A stretch of 63,420 bases of DNA, the filler included, from Reticulomyxa filosa (Eukaryota; Protista; Foraminifera), in the NCBI GenBank assembly GCA_000512085.1. It is 31 parts of 31 records of this genome, joined end to end, with 100 filler letters (N's around TTAATTAATTAA, not from the genome) between each part and the next. Parts side by side here need not be neighbours in the genome. Positions count along the whole stretch, not along the records: positions 11,885 to 13,963 come from ASPP01016086.1; positions 14,064 to 19,714 come from ASPP01026421.1; positions 19,815 to 22,975 come from ASPP01041417.1; 28 more parts are not named here. One strand, 5' to 3'. The number at the start of each line of letters is the position of its first letter. Within the stretch, counting starts at the first letter, position 1. Of this stretch, positions 12,178-23,075 are shown one piece after another. A program made the position numbers and the translations under genes. Below the pieces are notes generated by a model, which saw only the letters and a program-made list of their open reading frames with translations, was not told where the DNA came from and did no database searches.

Positions 12178-13963
12178 GTGGCGCTGTTTACGACGAGCAA
12201 TTATCCGCTGATGGCGTTAATCGAGGATATCGATCTCGGAAAGATCGGTCTGCCGGAGCTTCAGCGACCATTTGTGTGGCCGAATGTCAATGTGCGCGAC
12301 TTGTTCGATTCCCTCTATCGCGGTTATCCCGCTGGCTTCTTGTTGTTCTGGGAAACTGGCGTCGGCTCTGGTTTGAAGGGGATCGGCAGCAAGAATGCGC
12401 AGGCGGCTCCCAAGCTCGCCATCGTCGACGGACAACAGCGGCTGACCTCGCTCTATGCCGTGGTGAAGGGCGTCGAGGTGCTTCGTGCCAACTTCAAGAA
12501 AGAACGCATTCAGATCGCGTTCAACCCATTGTCCGGTCGCTTCGATGTCACCGACGCGGCGATCCGCAAGGACAAGGCATTCATTCCCGACATCTCGATT
12601 CTATGGCAGCCGGATTTCAGGCCGGGCGCCTATCGCAAAGAATTCCTCAAGCAGCTGCGCGATGTGCGCGCAATATCCGATGACGAGGCCGAGAAGATCG
12701 AAGAGGCTATCGATCATCTTCGCAACCTGCTGCACTACAGCTTCGTCGCGCTGACGCTTTCGTCGAGCGTGGATGAGGAAACGATCGCTGAAGTCTTCGT
12801 GCGGATCAATGGCAAGGGCAAGGCGCTCAACCAAGCCGATTTCATCATGACCCTTATGTCGGTATTCTGGGACGAAGGCCGTGCCGAGCTGGAAGCTTTC
12901 GCGCTCGCCGCGACTCGGCCCTCGGACGGTCAGGCGTCGCCGTTCAATCATTTCATTAAGCCTTCGCCCGACCAACTTCTGCGCGCCACAGTCGGATTGT
13001 CGCTCAAACGGGCACGCTTGGAAAATGTCTATGGCGCGCTGCGCGGGCGCGACGCCAAGACGGGCCTAGATGATCCAGAACGCCGCGAGGCCCAGTTTGC
13101 GCTTATGCGCGACGGCCAGAAGGCTGCGCTGAATCTCGCCAACTGGCACCACTTTATCGATGCCCTGAAGCTTGCGGGTTATCGCAGCGAGAAAATGATA
13201 AGCTCGGGCACGACGATCATTTTTAGCTACGTTCTCTACCTCATCGGCATGCGCGATTACGGCATTGATCGCGTAACGATGCGGCAGTCGATCGCCGAGT
13301 TCTTTTTCATGGCGACGCTGACCGGGCGATACACCAACTCACCCGAGACGCGCTTTGAGAGTGACCTGTCGCTGATCCGCGATCTGTCCGATGGCTCGGC
13401 ATTCCTTGCACGGCTGCGCGAACTATGCACGACGACGCTGACCGGTGACTACTGGACGATCACCCTGCCGAGCCAACTTGCTACGTCGGCGTCCCGTAGC
13501 CCGTCGCTGTTCGCCTATCAGGCTGCTTTGATCAAGCTGGATGCCAACGCGCTATATAGTCCGCTCAAGATTTCGGCGATGGTCGATCCGGCGGTTAAGG
13601 GGACCAAGGCGGCGCTTGAACAGCACCACCTGTTCCCACGTGGCTATCTTGAAGGGATCGGAATCGACGACCTCAAACAGATCAACCAAATCGCCAACTA
13701 CGCCGCGGTGGAATGGCCCGCGAATATGAAGATCGGCAAGAAAGCGCCCGCCGAGTATGTTCCGACCCTTGATCACTCATTAAATGCAGACGAGCGCGAT
13801 CGGCTCTACGGATGGCACGCGCTGCCGCCGCTGTGGTGGGAACTTTCCTATCGTGACTTTCTAGTGCAGCGCCGGATCCGTATGGCGGATGTAATCCGTC
13901 AGGCATGGGAACTTCTGACTATCGGATCCGTGCCCGCCGCCGCTGTCGCGCCGATCGCAATTG
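12178..13963 (+). CDS. gmrSD: Bacterial GmrSD-family (DUF262 + HNH/DUF1524-like) modification-dependent restriction protein (3' partial); non-host contig
   Basis: DUF262 motifs LPELQRPFVW, IVDGQQRLTSL and VFVRING. C-terminal HNH-type LEQHHLFP..NQIANY....N..I.KK.P.EY. Intronless, on a GC-rich contig (11885-13963) unlike the host DNA. Confidence 0.88.
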
Positions 13964-14211
13964 NNNNNNNNNNNNNNNNNNNNNNNNNNNNNNNNNNNNN
14001 NNNNNNNTTAATTAATTAANNNNNNNNNNNNNNNNNNNNNNNNNNNNNNNNNNNNNNNNNNNNAAATAGAATTTGACAATTTTTCAAAAATTTTCCAAAA
14101 GGTGACGGGGATATAGGATTTTCGATTTTGATAATATCAGCTCAAACTTTTTTTCATTTCATCATGTTCATCATGATTATTTTTATGATGATTCCTTTTG
14201 GGAATGCCCAA

Positions 14212-17200
14212 CTATGCGCAATACGAGTTGAGCATCTGTGCATTACCTTTCTGGAGTTGGATGCTTAACATGTTGTATACATGTGTCTTGGTTTTGTCTA
14301 GGTCCTCGTTGTCTTTCTCGGCTATCACTTGTGCCAACTTGTCGAAGAACTGCTTTGCATCCGAATGCCATCCGCCCGTCGTTTCAGCAATGATAGGAGT
14401 GTACGATTTGTCCGCCTGTTCGCAACGGAGACGGTGCTTTCTTATCTTTGTTCTGTAATATGTTTCTAGTGCCCACTTGTCGTTGTCAATAATCGTTTGT
14501 GTGCTTGAATAGGTGAAGTGTTGGTGCGTGATGCCGACGTCAATGCATTTTTCATCGAAGGGATCATCAAACCACTTCAAACAGATGTCGCCGGGTCTGT
14601 GGTGCGTTGTATCGTTGGCTCGGACCTCTAGGTCGTGTGGAATATTTGCTCGCTTAAGAAGATTGGATATGCAAGCGACTATCCCATCATGACGGGCGAC
14701 CCGGCCTTTCCCGAAACGGCATGAGAGTGCATGGTTCCCGAGGAAATCCATTGGTGTGATGCATGCTGGATTGGACTGGCATTGGCTTTTGAATGTTTGT
14801 TTCAAGCCAAGACGAAACCGCAAAAGCGCACGGAGTTCCCTGTTATCAAGCAACGTGCGCCTGAATTTATTGGGGAGGGCGTTGAGGTAATTGGATGCGT
14901 GTGGCTTGGAAATAGCCTTGGCGAGAATCCGCTGCTCGTCCGTCCGTTTGTTATGGAGCTCTTTTTGGATACGCGAGTTAATTTTCTTAGATAGTCGGCT
15001 TTGGCTTGGGGCGAAGGTCCAATCTGTTATGTTGTCTTGTGGTTTTGTGTTTTTGTTGTAGTGCGTGATGGCATTTTCGATTTCGTCTTGGGAGGACCAG
15101 TCGACGCCTCGAATGTGTGGATGAATTAGAGGTAGTTGTTGCTCTGCCGCAAGAGCGGAGGTGATGAAAGCGGCGCTCGAGTGCGCGTTTGCGGAGTTGA
15201 GGCCGAGACCTCCTCTTTTGATTGGTGTTTGGCATTGGAGCCATTGGTGATTAGTAAGTGGGCAAGCCATTATTGATTCAGCGCATCGTTTCACTTGATT
15301 ATCAAATTGGTTGGTCCAGTTGTATGCTCCTTTGGCGAAATTGGTCTTCATGTGGTATGCAGCCTTTGTAATATTCAATGAGTTTCTCAATAATAGTAAC
15401 ATTGTTTGTGCGTGTTTCAGGTTGAGAAGATTTTCAAATTGGTGATCCCATTCCCGGAGTATTGTGTCCATCTCCTTTGTCGTGTGTACGTCGTCGCCGA
15501 TGGGGGCGCCCACGATCGAAGTATTGAATGATTTGTTGTGCGGGATCTGGATGAGTCTGTCCGGAGGGGGCGCACTCTCGTCGGCGATCCATTCACATTT
15601 GTCGAGGTTGATTCTTGTGCCGTGTGAGTCGGCAGTTGCAAGTAGCGCCGATACTGCGCGAGAAACGATGTCGGGGTCGTCGGCGGCGATGGTCAAATCG
15701 TCGTGATAGGCTGCGTGGTATAGATTTGGAACGGTGGCGAGTGCAAATTGGAGGGCATCGGCGAGAATGATCGCAAAGAAGGTCCCGCCCAAAGGGTCCC
15801 CTTGGTGGACGCCGGACCTGGATGGGATCGTGTGTCCCGATGGAAGGAAGAGAGGCACGTGCTTTGCGTAGCATCCTCTAGCGTACTCGTATAGCTCCGG
15901 GATTCTTTTTCGCACCAGGTCCAAGAGCTTCCGTCGTTTGCAAGAATTGAAAGCATTTTGAAAGTCGATTTTAACAGCTACGCCTTGTTTGTTTCTTTGT
16001 ATATGTTTGACCACAGCTTTAAACCCATGGAAAAACGTTTCAATGCCACGTTTGGCATTTACGCCCAATTGGTTAGGCCCAAGAACTGACGATATTTCTT
16101 TGGAATGTCTCTGTAGGAGGATGGCACCGGCTGACCTCCTGAACAATGAGCCAATTGCAATTGGTCTTGGTGTATTGTCTGGTTTGGGGATTGCGATTAA
16201 TCTAGCCCCATAGGCGATCGCCTGGGCCTCTGGGCAAACTTTGCCTTCGATTACCATTTGTGCCACCTTGGCCCAATGTGTTAATGTATTGGATTCTGCT
16301 TGGTATGGCATTAAGTCAATTAAATGTTGGGCGGTGAAAAGATCGATGCCACCGGATGAGGTTCTATTTAATTTTTGGATATATTGGATCAATTCTTCTT
16401 CGGTGATTTGTTTGTGCAATGGAAGTGGTGGTAGATCTGGATTTTGGTTTCTCGCAAATGATGCGATGATATCGGATGGTGGTGGTTCATCCGGATGTTT
16501 CTTCTGGAGTGCCGCAATGGTTTGGTCATCGTATATCATGGAAGGGGATGGTGATAGGGCCTTGAAGGCTTTCGATAATTCTCCAATGGCGGCGTATTGG
16601 ATACACCTTTTGTTTTTTGCCGCTGTGTTGGGTTTTGCGGGTATTGTACTTTTGCTCGCATTATACACGTTTGCAGAATGAGACAGGAAGTCTTTCCACA
16701 ATTGATTGAAGTTTTGTTCTCTCCATAATTTGATTCTGCTCATTATCACCTTGGTTGTCTGTTTGTGGTGTGTTTTCCCCCCCCTATTAGGTGCCCACAA
16801 TATTGTTCGAATCAATGTCATCCATTTTGCCCATGATTCTTTGCTGTTATTTTGTGAAATGTCCAGTAACACCCAACTGGCGATTGATGCGAAATGGCCT
16901 CTTGCTTCTTGGGGAATCCTTGTGATGATTCTTGCGGGATAAACCGCTATTTCTTCCGGTGTTGGGAACGTCCATTGAGACAATTCTTCGTCTACATTGG
17001 GACCATTGAAATCAATTTTGATTTCTGTTATTTGCGGTTGTTGGCGTTTTACCGCCTTTGAACATTTGGGGTGCATGCCCTGTACCGCGTAATCGGCTGA
17101 TATTATGATTCGACAATGGAGGCATGATATCCTCTTGTATATATTGAAATACGCTGGTGGGATGACAGTGTCTGGATTTCTTGATATGTGCTTGTTTACG

Positions 17201-19713
17201 TGTATGTGCAGGCCCGCAACCGTCTTGAATATTGCACCACATTCATTGACCGGGCACGTATCGGTCCATTGGGGGTTGTCTATCTTTGGCACGGTAATTT
17301 TTGTATCTGGGACTGCATCGTAATCGATATCGTATATATCGTCTTTTGCAAAGGTATCAAACACGGCTGCCTCTTTCTCGTCATCTGGTCCGTATAGGTC
17401 CTCTTGCTGCTGCACAATTCTATTGTTGTAATCCATTGTATCATCACTGGAGGCATTGTCATCCTGTGTATAGTCGGATTGGTTGTGACCGTGGTTTTCT
17501 TGGTTGTCGTTGGGTTCCTCGGTTTCCATCTCATTGGGTTCCTTGGTTTCTGTTTCATTTGGTTCATTGGTTTCCACCACGCCGGAATCGATAATTTTCA
17601 TCACATTGTGTTCATTGGGGTTCCGCCCGTCGGTCTCGTAGGCCTTCAATTGTTGGATATTGGATTGCATTTGTTGGATATTGGATTGCATTTGTTGGAA
17701 ATTGGTGTCCATTCGCTGGATATTGTGTTCTGATTGTTGGATATTGGATTCCATTTGTTGGATATTGGGCTCGTGGTATTGTATCGGTGTGGGTACATCC
17801 GCGCTTTTGTTCCCCAGCTGGTTTGTATCGAGGGGAGTGGTGGACAAATTTGGTTCATCGGTTACCCGATTTGCGATTTGCATTGGCAATTGCACTGGTT
17901 GTAATGGTGATTGGGTCAATGGTGGGTTTGATGGTATCTCTGCAATTACCTGGGTTCTGATGGCTCCAAGGAATGGAAATAATTTGATGCTGTCCACGTT
18001 ACCGGGTACTATTCCCCCTACGTTGGAATATTGGTATGGTTGCAATGGTTTTCCGTTTATTGGTACGTTGATCTGGATATCTTGGCTGCCTCGTTGGGCC
18101 AGAAATTGGGTTGGCTTGTTTGTACACGTGGTTGGTTTCATTCTCGTGGATGATTTTTCCATTTCTTGCGTGCCGTTGACTGGATTGTGGTTCCAGGTTT
18201 CCTTGCATTCTTGTTCGTTATTGGGATGGTTGATCGTCGATTGCTTGTCAACGGTTTCATGGTGTTTTGGCGGCACGGATACGTCCGCAGTTTCGCGCGT
18301 TTTGCGGATTTGGTTGTGAGAACTGGTGGCCGATCCAAGCGCTATAATTCCCGTACCAGCAATGTGTTCCAGCGGCGGTGTTACTGGTTTTGGTAATTGG
18401 ATCGAGATTTGTGCTGGTGGATTTGTTTCGGTTGTGTGAGTTTCATTGGAAACGGGAATGTGGTGCAATTGGATGTTATCCGCTTTGGCCGGTATCACTT
18501 CTTTTGCGACGGGATATTTGTCTGCTTGCAATGTTTTACCACTTTCTGGTACACTTATTGTGTCTTTGTTTGCGCTGTTCTCTGTTTTAATTATTTTTTG
18601 GTATACGTTTTGTATATCCTTTTGTGTTGTGGTGACGTCAGGTTCGTCATCCAAATCGATGATTTTTATTGGTTGGATAGGGGACACGAATGACTGGTTG
18701 GTATCTTGGTTCCTTGGTTTTTGGTGATCATCATTACTTGAGCGGTCCTCGCTAGATGATATGATATCTTCCCTCCCTCTGCCAATTTCTGTCTCCATTT
18801 CTGCTGCTTCACTGCTTGCTGTTGAGGTCCGATTTCCTCCAATTACCGATATTTGCTTGGTTATTTGCTCCAATGGATTGCTCGCTGGGGCATCTCTCGA
18901 ACGTTGGGGAGCCAGATTTTCTGCGTACGAACGTATCACGTGTTCGTATGCTGCTTCTTCTACCCGGCGCGAATAAGGGGATAGTTTGTGGAACTCAGAT
19001 GGCGACGTGAAACCTTTTCTTATGCGCCCAATCCCTTTGTCCGGTTCTTGTTCGTGTTTGGTACGATTGTTGGTTCTTTCTTTGAAGGAATTCTCCAATG
19101 GAATATCCTCATCCGATATTATGCTTGGCGTTTCGTATAACCAATTTTTCTCCGGGAGTTTTCTTGGAGTATCTTGCTCTGGTTGGGATTGGGGTTGGGG
19201 CTGGTGTATGGTCTGTATCGTGTGTTGTTGTTGCTTTTTTACTGGCACTTTTTCGATGTCGTTTTTGATTGCTTCCACAACGATTTGTTGACGGCCAACG
19301 TTTTTCTGCTGGCCCGGATCAGCATTTTTTAATTTTTGGTGCTCGCTTTGCCATTTGTTGTTTTCGTTTTTATTGATATAAAAACTTTTGTTGAGCGGGG
19401 AATTTTCATCCGCTACCATTGATGAATCGTTTTCTTTATCATACTGGTGCATCGAATAATCTTTAGACTTGCCTTGTGCGTAATTGCGGGACGGTGTTTT
19501 TGATTGTACGTATTTTGCGACCGGTCTGTTTTCCGCAACATTAAATTGTGAAGACGACGAAAGAGGTGTAGTTTTTACTACAGTTGTCTTGGTTTCAACT
19601 GGTTTGTCGACACCAGACTTTGAAAAACGATGGAAAAAGGCCGCCTTGCCGTTGTTGTTGTCTTGTATCGTATCTCGGAAGGAGAATTTCACTGGTTCGC
19701 TAAAGGAGGAGGG
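14212..19713 (-). CDS. Retrotransposon polyprotein of more than 1826 aa (ZnF-RT-CCHC-RLE), open to the contig edge
   Basis: C2H2 CPVNEC...LHIHVNKH and a second Cys/His cluster CLHC..HPKC. RT motifs LIAIPK..PRPIAIG..RR, NQLGV, KIDFQNAFN, GVHQGDPLG, YHDD. Knuckle C..C.TPMDFLGNHALSC. RLE motifs RHD...RPGDI...IDVGI...K..KH...PIIAETTGGW. Confidence 0.92.
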   Translation of the reverse strand, partial: PSSFSEPVKFSFRDTIQDNNNGKAAFFHRFSKSGVDKPVETKTTVVKTTPLSSSSQFNVAENRPVAKYVQSKTPSRNYAQGKSKDYSMHQYDKENDSSMVADENSPLNKSFYINKNENNKWQSEHQKLKNADPGQQKNVGRQQIVVEAIKNDIEKVPVKKQQQHTIQTIHQPQPQSQPEQDTPRKLPEKNWLYETPSIISDEDIPLENSFKERTNNRTKHEQEPDKGIGRIRKGFTSPSEFHKLSPYSRRVEEAAYEHVIRSYAENLAPQRSRDAPASNPLEQITKQISVIGGNRTSTASSEAAEMETEIGRGREDIISSSEDRSSNDDHQKPRNQDTNQSFVSPIQPIKIIDLDDEPDVTTTQKDIQNVYQKIIKTENSANKDTISVPESGKTLQADKYPVAKEVIPAKADNIQLHHIPVSNETHTTETNPPAQISIQLPKPVTPPLEHIAGTGIIALGSATSSHNQIRKTRETADVSVPPKHHETVDKQSTINHPNNEQECKETWNHNPVNGTQEMEKSSTRMKPTTCTNKPTQFLAQRGSQDIQINVPINGKPLQPYQYSNVGGIVPGNVDSIKLFPFLGAIRTQVIAEIPSNPPLTQSPLQPVQLPMQIANRVTDEPNLSTTPLDTNQLGNKSADVPTPIQYHEPNIQQMESNIQQSEHNIQRMDTNFQQMQSNIQQMQSNIQQLKAYETDGRNPNEHNVMKIIDSGVVETNEPNETETKEPNEMETEEPNDNQENHGHNQSDYTQDDNASSDDTMDYNNRIVQQQEDLYGPDDEKEAAVFDTFAKDDIYDIDYDAVPDTKITVPKIDNPQWTDTCPVNECGAIFKTVAGLHIHVNKHISRNPDTVIPPAYFNIYKRISCLHCRIIISADYAVQGMHPKCSKAVKRQQPQITEIKIDFNGPNVDEELSQWTFPTPEEIAVYPARIITRIPQEARGHFASIASWVLLDISQNNSKESWAKWMTLIRTILWAPNRGGKTHHKQTTKVIMSRIKLWREQNFNQLWKDFLSHSANVYNASKSTIPAKPNTAAKNKRCIQYAAIGELSKAFKALSPSPSMIYDDQTIAALQKKHPDEPPPSDIIASFARNQNPDLPPLPLHKQITEEELIQYIQKLNRTSSGGIDLFTAQHLIDLMPYQAESNTLTHWAKVAQMVIEGKVCPEAQAIAYGARLIAIPKPDNTPRPIAIGSLFRRSAGAILLQRHSKEISSVLGPNQLGVNAKRGIETFFHGFKAVVKHIQRNKQGVAVKIDFQNAFNSCKRRKLLDLVRKRIPELYEYARGCYAKHVPLFLPSGHTIPSRSGVHQGDPLGGTFFAIILADALQFALATVPNLYHAAYHDDLTIAADDPDIVSRAVSALLATADSHGTRINLDKCEWIADESAPPPDRLIQIPHNKSFNTSIVGAPIGDDVHTTKEMDTILREWDHQFENLLNLKHAQTMLLLLRNSLNITKAAYHMKTNFAKGAYNWTNQFDNQVKRCAESIMACPLTNHQWLQCQTPIKRGGLGLNSANAHSSAAFITSALAAEQQLPLIHPHIRGVDWSSQDEIENAITHYNKNTKPQDNITDWTFAPSQSRLSKKINSRIQKELHNKRTDEQRILAKAISKPHASNYLNALPNKFRRTLLDNRELRALLRFRLGLKQTFKSQCQSNPACITPMDFLGNHALSCRFGKGRVARHDGIVACISNLLKRANIPHDLEVRANDTTHHRPGDICLKWFDDPFDEKCIDVGITHQHFTYSSTQTIIDNDKWALETYYRTKIRKHRLRCEQADKSYTPIIAETTGGWHSDAKQFFDKLAQVIAEKDNEDLDKTKTHVYNMLSIQLQKGNAQMLNSYCA
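17645..17768 (-). repeat. 21-bp tandem repeat (heptad NIQQMxS, about 6 copies) inside the retrotransposon ORF
   Basis: NIQQMES-NIQQSEH-NIQRMDT-NFQQMQS-NIQQMQS-NIQQLKA; plus-strand unit ttgttggatattggattgcat. Confidence 0.85.
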
Positions 19714-19814
19714 ANNNNNNNNNNNNNNNNNNNNNNNNNNNNNNNNNNNNNNNNNNNNTTAATTAATTAANNNNNNNNNNNNNNNNNNNNNNNNNNNNNN
19801 NNNNNNNNNNNNNN

Positions 19815-21960
19815 TGATCACATCATATTTGTCAATCAATTTATCTTCAACATAATTAATTGCATATTCAATTCTATTCATTGGATATATTGTCCGTTGT
19901 TTTAATATCCGTTTACACATTTCCATTGCATCTAAACACTCTTTGGTATTCTTATTCTTTTTATGTTTCACAATGAATTCCATGATATTTTCAAAAGAGT
20001 TCTTAAGACGAGAGAGTTGACAGCACCCTCACTGATATCAATATATGCACCTTGTTGAATGCAATAACGAGCAATATCTCAATGTTCATTATTGATTGCT
20101 AAATACAATGGAGTTTGTCGATGTTCATTACATGAATCATTTATGTCAATGTCAGGATGACTTTGCAATACCAATTTGAATTGTGACAAGTCTCCTAACC
20201 TCGCTGCTTCATGAACAACAGTGTAACATCCTTCGTGTGCATTCTCATCATTAGAAACTTGTTTAATTACATTATTCAAACTAGGATATTGAATATCCCT
20301 GCCAATATTACTATTATTCCACTTTGATTGATGAGTTGGAAATTTCCATTCAATGGCTTGTTTATCATAGCATTTGATTAACTCATCCAAAGCATCGAAG
20401 TTAGTATTATCATCATCACAGCTCAATTGAATACGAGGATTGAATGTCATCAAACCAAATGCCAATAATTGAATATCTGTGTCATTGGCTGTTTTCCAAA
20501 TACGATTATTTGAATTCTCTTTGTTCATCAATGTATTTTCATTTTTCATTTGGATATTTTCTTTCAATTCACAAACTGTTACGCGTTTCCACATATCTTC
20601 GAATATTTTTGATAATACACCCCGTGCACATCTCTTTTTCGCTCTTTCCAACAAATGTACCACCAATAAATACAATTGTTTACCATTCAATTTTGTTAAT
20701 ATTAATTGAAATAATTCCACCAATGATTTATCTTCATCATTGTTTGTGTTGAGCGAATCTTTGGAAACAAATATCAAAGCGTTGAAAACAATCTCCGATT
20801 GTCTTTCGTTCCATTTCGTTGAAATTTCTTCAAGTGATTTTTTATATGAACCAAAGTAATTATATTCCTGCTCATTTGGCAAATCATTGAAAACTCCTTC
20901 CAGTTGTTTATCAGTCAAATTTATTGAAATTACTCCAAGTGATTCTGCACATGATCCACGAACAAAGTAACTTGTATCTTTTAGCCATGAATGAAAGCAC
21001 TGAAAACTCTATCCAATTGTTTATCATTCAATTTTGTTGAAATTATTTCAAGTGATTTTTCACATAAGGCACGAATGCATTCATTTTTATCTTTTAATCC
21101 TTTCAAACATTTGAAAACATCGTCCACATGCTTTTCGTTTAATTGCATTGAAAGATATCCAATATATTTTGCACACAATTTACGATTCCATTCACTGTTA
21201 TCTTTGAATCCATTAACCAAACATTTGAAAACAGAATCGGTTTGCGTTTCATTCAATTTCATTGCAATTCTTTCGAGCAGCCAATAAATTCAATCGATCT
21301 TTTATTAATCCCTCAGCATCAAGTGTATTTAATTGTGTTTGAATTATCTTAATTTGATCAATGATACACAAGTAGATATCTGAATGATGCAAAACATATT
21401 GAAAATTGGGTAAATGTAATTCCATTACTTTATTCAATGGTCTGTCAAGGACACAACTACAGTAATAAGCATAATCTTTGTCTTTATCAAAATGAATCCA
21501 AGCAATGATCCATGATTTGAATGAATCAACAAGTGATTTATGACAAGTTCGAAGTTGTGATGAAAGAAATGGACTATCAGTTTCTGCTTTACAAGTATCC
21601 AAACAATGTATAAATAACATCATTTAATGAATTGGAACAATTTGAGGTGGTGATGAATGCAACAGTTCCCAAAAATACAATAAGCCTGATCCTGATGGAT
21701 CTTTCTTGGAAGTGATATTGTTGTACAATATTCCAGACATGGATGGAATCGTCACTGAATATCTTGGAGTGAGTTGCTCATTCATCAAAATTGAACATAT
21801 TTGTTCATGTTGTTTTGACTCATTTGATTGATATAAACAATTGACCAAATAATAAGCAGCAAACCATTCTTGAAATGTCAAATGAGGGAAATACATTGAA
21901 TCAATTGGTTGTGATAAATTTTTTGATTCTTGTCCTTGAACAAATCCAAATGAATTGATT
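19815..21960 (-). pseudogene. NACHT-associated winged helix + HEAT-like repeats + ankyrin repeats (NLR-like), disrupted
   Basis: YFPHLTFQEWFAAYYL is the NACHT WHD motif. Helical repeats ISxKLNEKQLDxVFxCLxxGxKD. Ankyrin segments TVVHEAARLG..QTPLYLAINNEH*DIARYCIQQGA. Several stops and frameshifts. Confidence 0.8.
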
Positions 21961-23075
21961 CGAGACCATTGAGATACACTGATGTATCTTTACGTGAATA
22001 TTTGCATTTAATACTTGTTGTTGGATTTTACAAGAAATGATTGTTTTGATTAAGATATATTACAACTGAAAACATAATAAAATAAAATATAAACCTGGAA
22101 ATAGGACTACTATGATTGATTCTTGCATTTGTAGGCTTTTAGTTTAAATAATAACAGGATCGCCACATGAAAAGTTGTCCACGGAATATGCATTTGTTCG
22201 TACACTCTCTATTCTTTACCTCTCACATTTATATTCATAACAACTCTGGTACGCTATCTCTTCTGGATTGATGTATTGTGAGCTTATCACAAAACACTTT
22301 TGAATTGTGATTGCCATATACCAAAAGAAGGTCAAGTTTGATAACGGTACAGTTGCGCCTCATTCTATCGATAGACTGGATCCACATCGTCTCTATTGTC
22401 CTCGGTGGTGATTCGTAACACGGTTACACTTTAAGACCGGCAATGTAATTGTAAATTGCTGCTCAGATGCCAATTAATGAATCTGTGGAACCGACGCCAT
22501 GATTGCTGGCCTGATTCTTATTCATTTGTCTGCGGTCATGTTGAGTGCGGCCATGTTCAATATTTGGCTCATAAACAGTGCAAATACCATCGCTTCCGAT
22601 TCAGCCAAAACATGGTCAGCAATGAAATACTTATTATGTGCCAACTCTGCTTTGATCAAATAATCAATAACATTTAACGCTTTCACCTGAACAACGTTTT
22701 TTATTATATCAAATCTATACATACATATATATACAGGAATAACACATCAATTGAAAATTATTAAAGAAAGAGAAACGTAACTTTGCTCGAACTTGCACAA
22801 ATCCACATAAGGTTATAGAATAGTAAGTTGGAATCTTTGGACAATTCCGGAAATGATTACATGTATATCCGCAGGAGCTGCATTAAAATGTAATGATAAA
22901 ATATATGATCTTGGATATGTCGGATCACTCTTTGGTTTTTTGTACACGATACGTGTGAAGATATCAAGTGAATTGNNNNNNNNNNNNNNNNNNNNNNNNN
23001 NNNNNNNNNNNNNNNNNNNTTAATTAATTAANNNNNNNNNNNNNNNNNNNNNNNNNNNNNNNNNNNNNNNNNNNN

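Larger units (their letters stand above)
14064..19714 (-). mobile_element. Single-ORF non-LTR retrotransposon with a restriction-like endonuclease (CRE/SLACS-like clade)
   Basis: Domain order is zinc fingers, RT, CCHC knuckle, RLE. The 5' end is cut by the contig edge. Confidence 0.9.

Noticed and set aside
9992-19714. Caspase, GmrSD and retrotransposon as a 'defence island'
   Set aside because: They lie on separate contigs, and at least two organisms are involved; the adjacency is arbitrary.
14198-19762. Many overlapping short ORFs across the retrotransposon (and likewise across GmrSD)
   Set aside because: These are alternative-frame or antisense shadows with no motifs.
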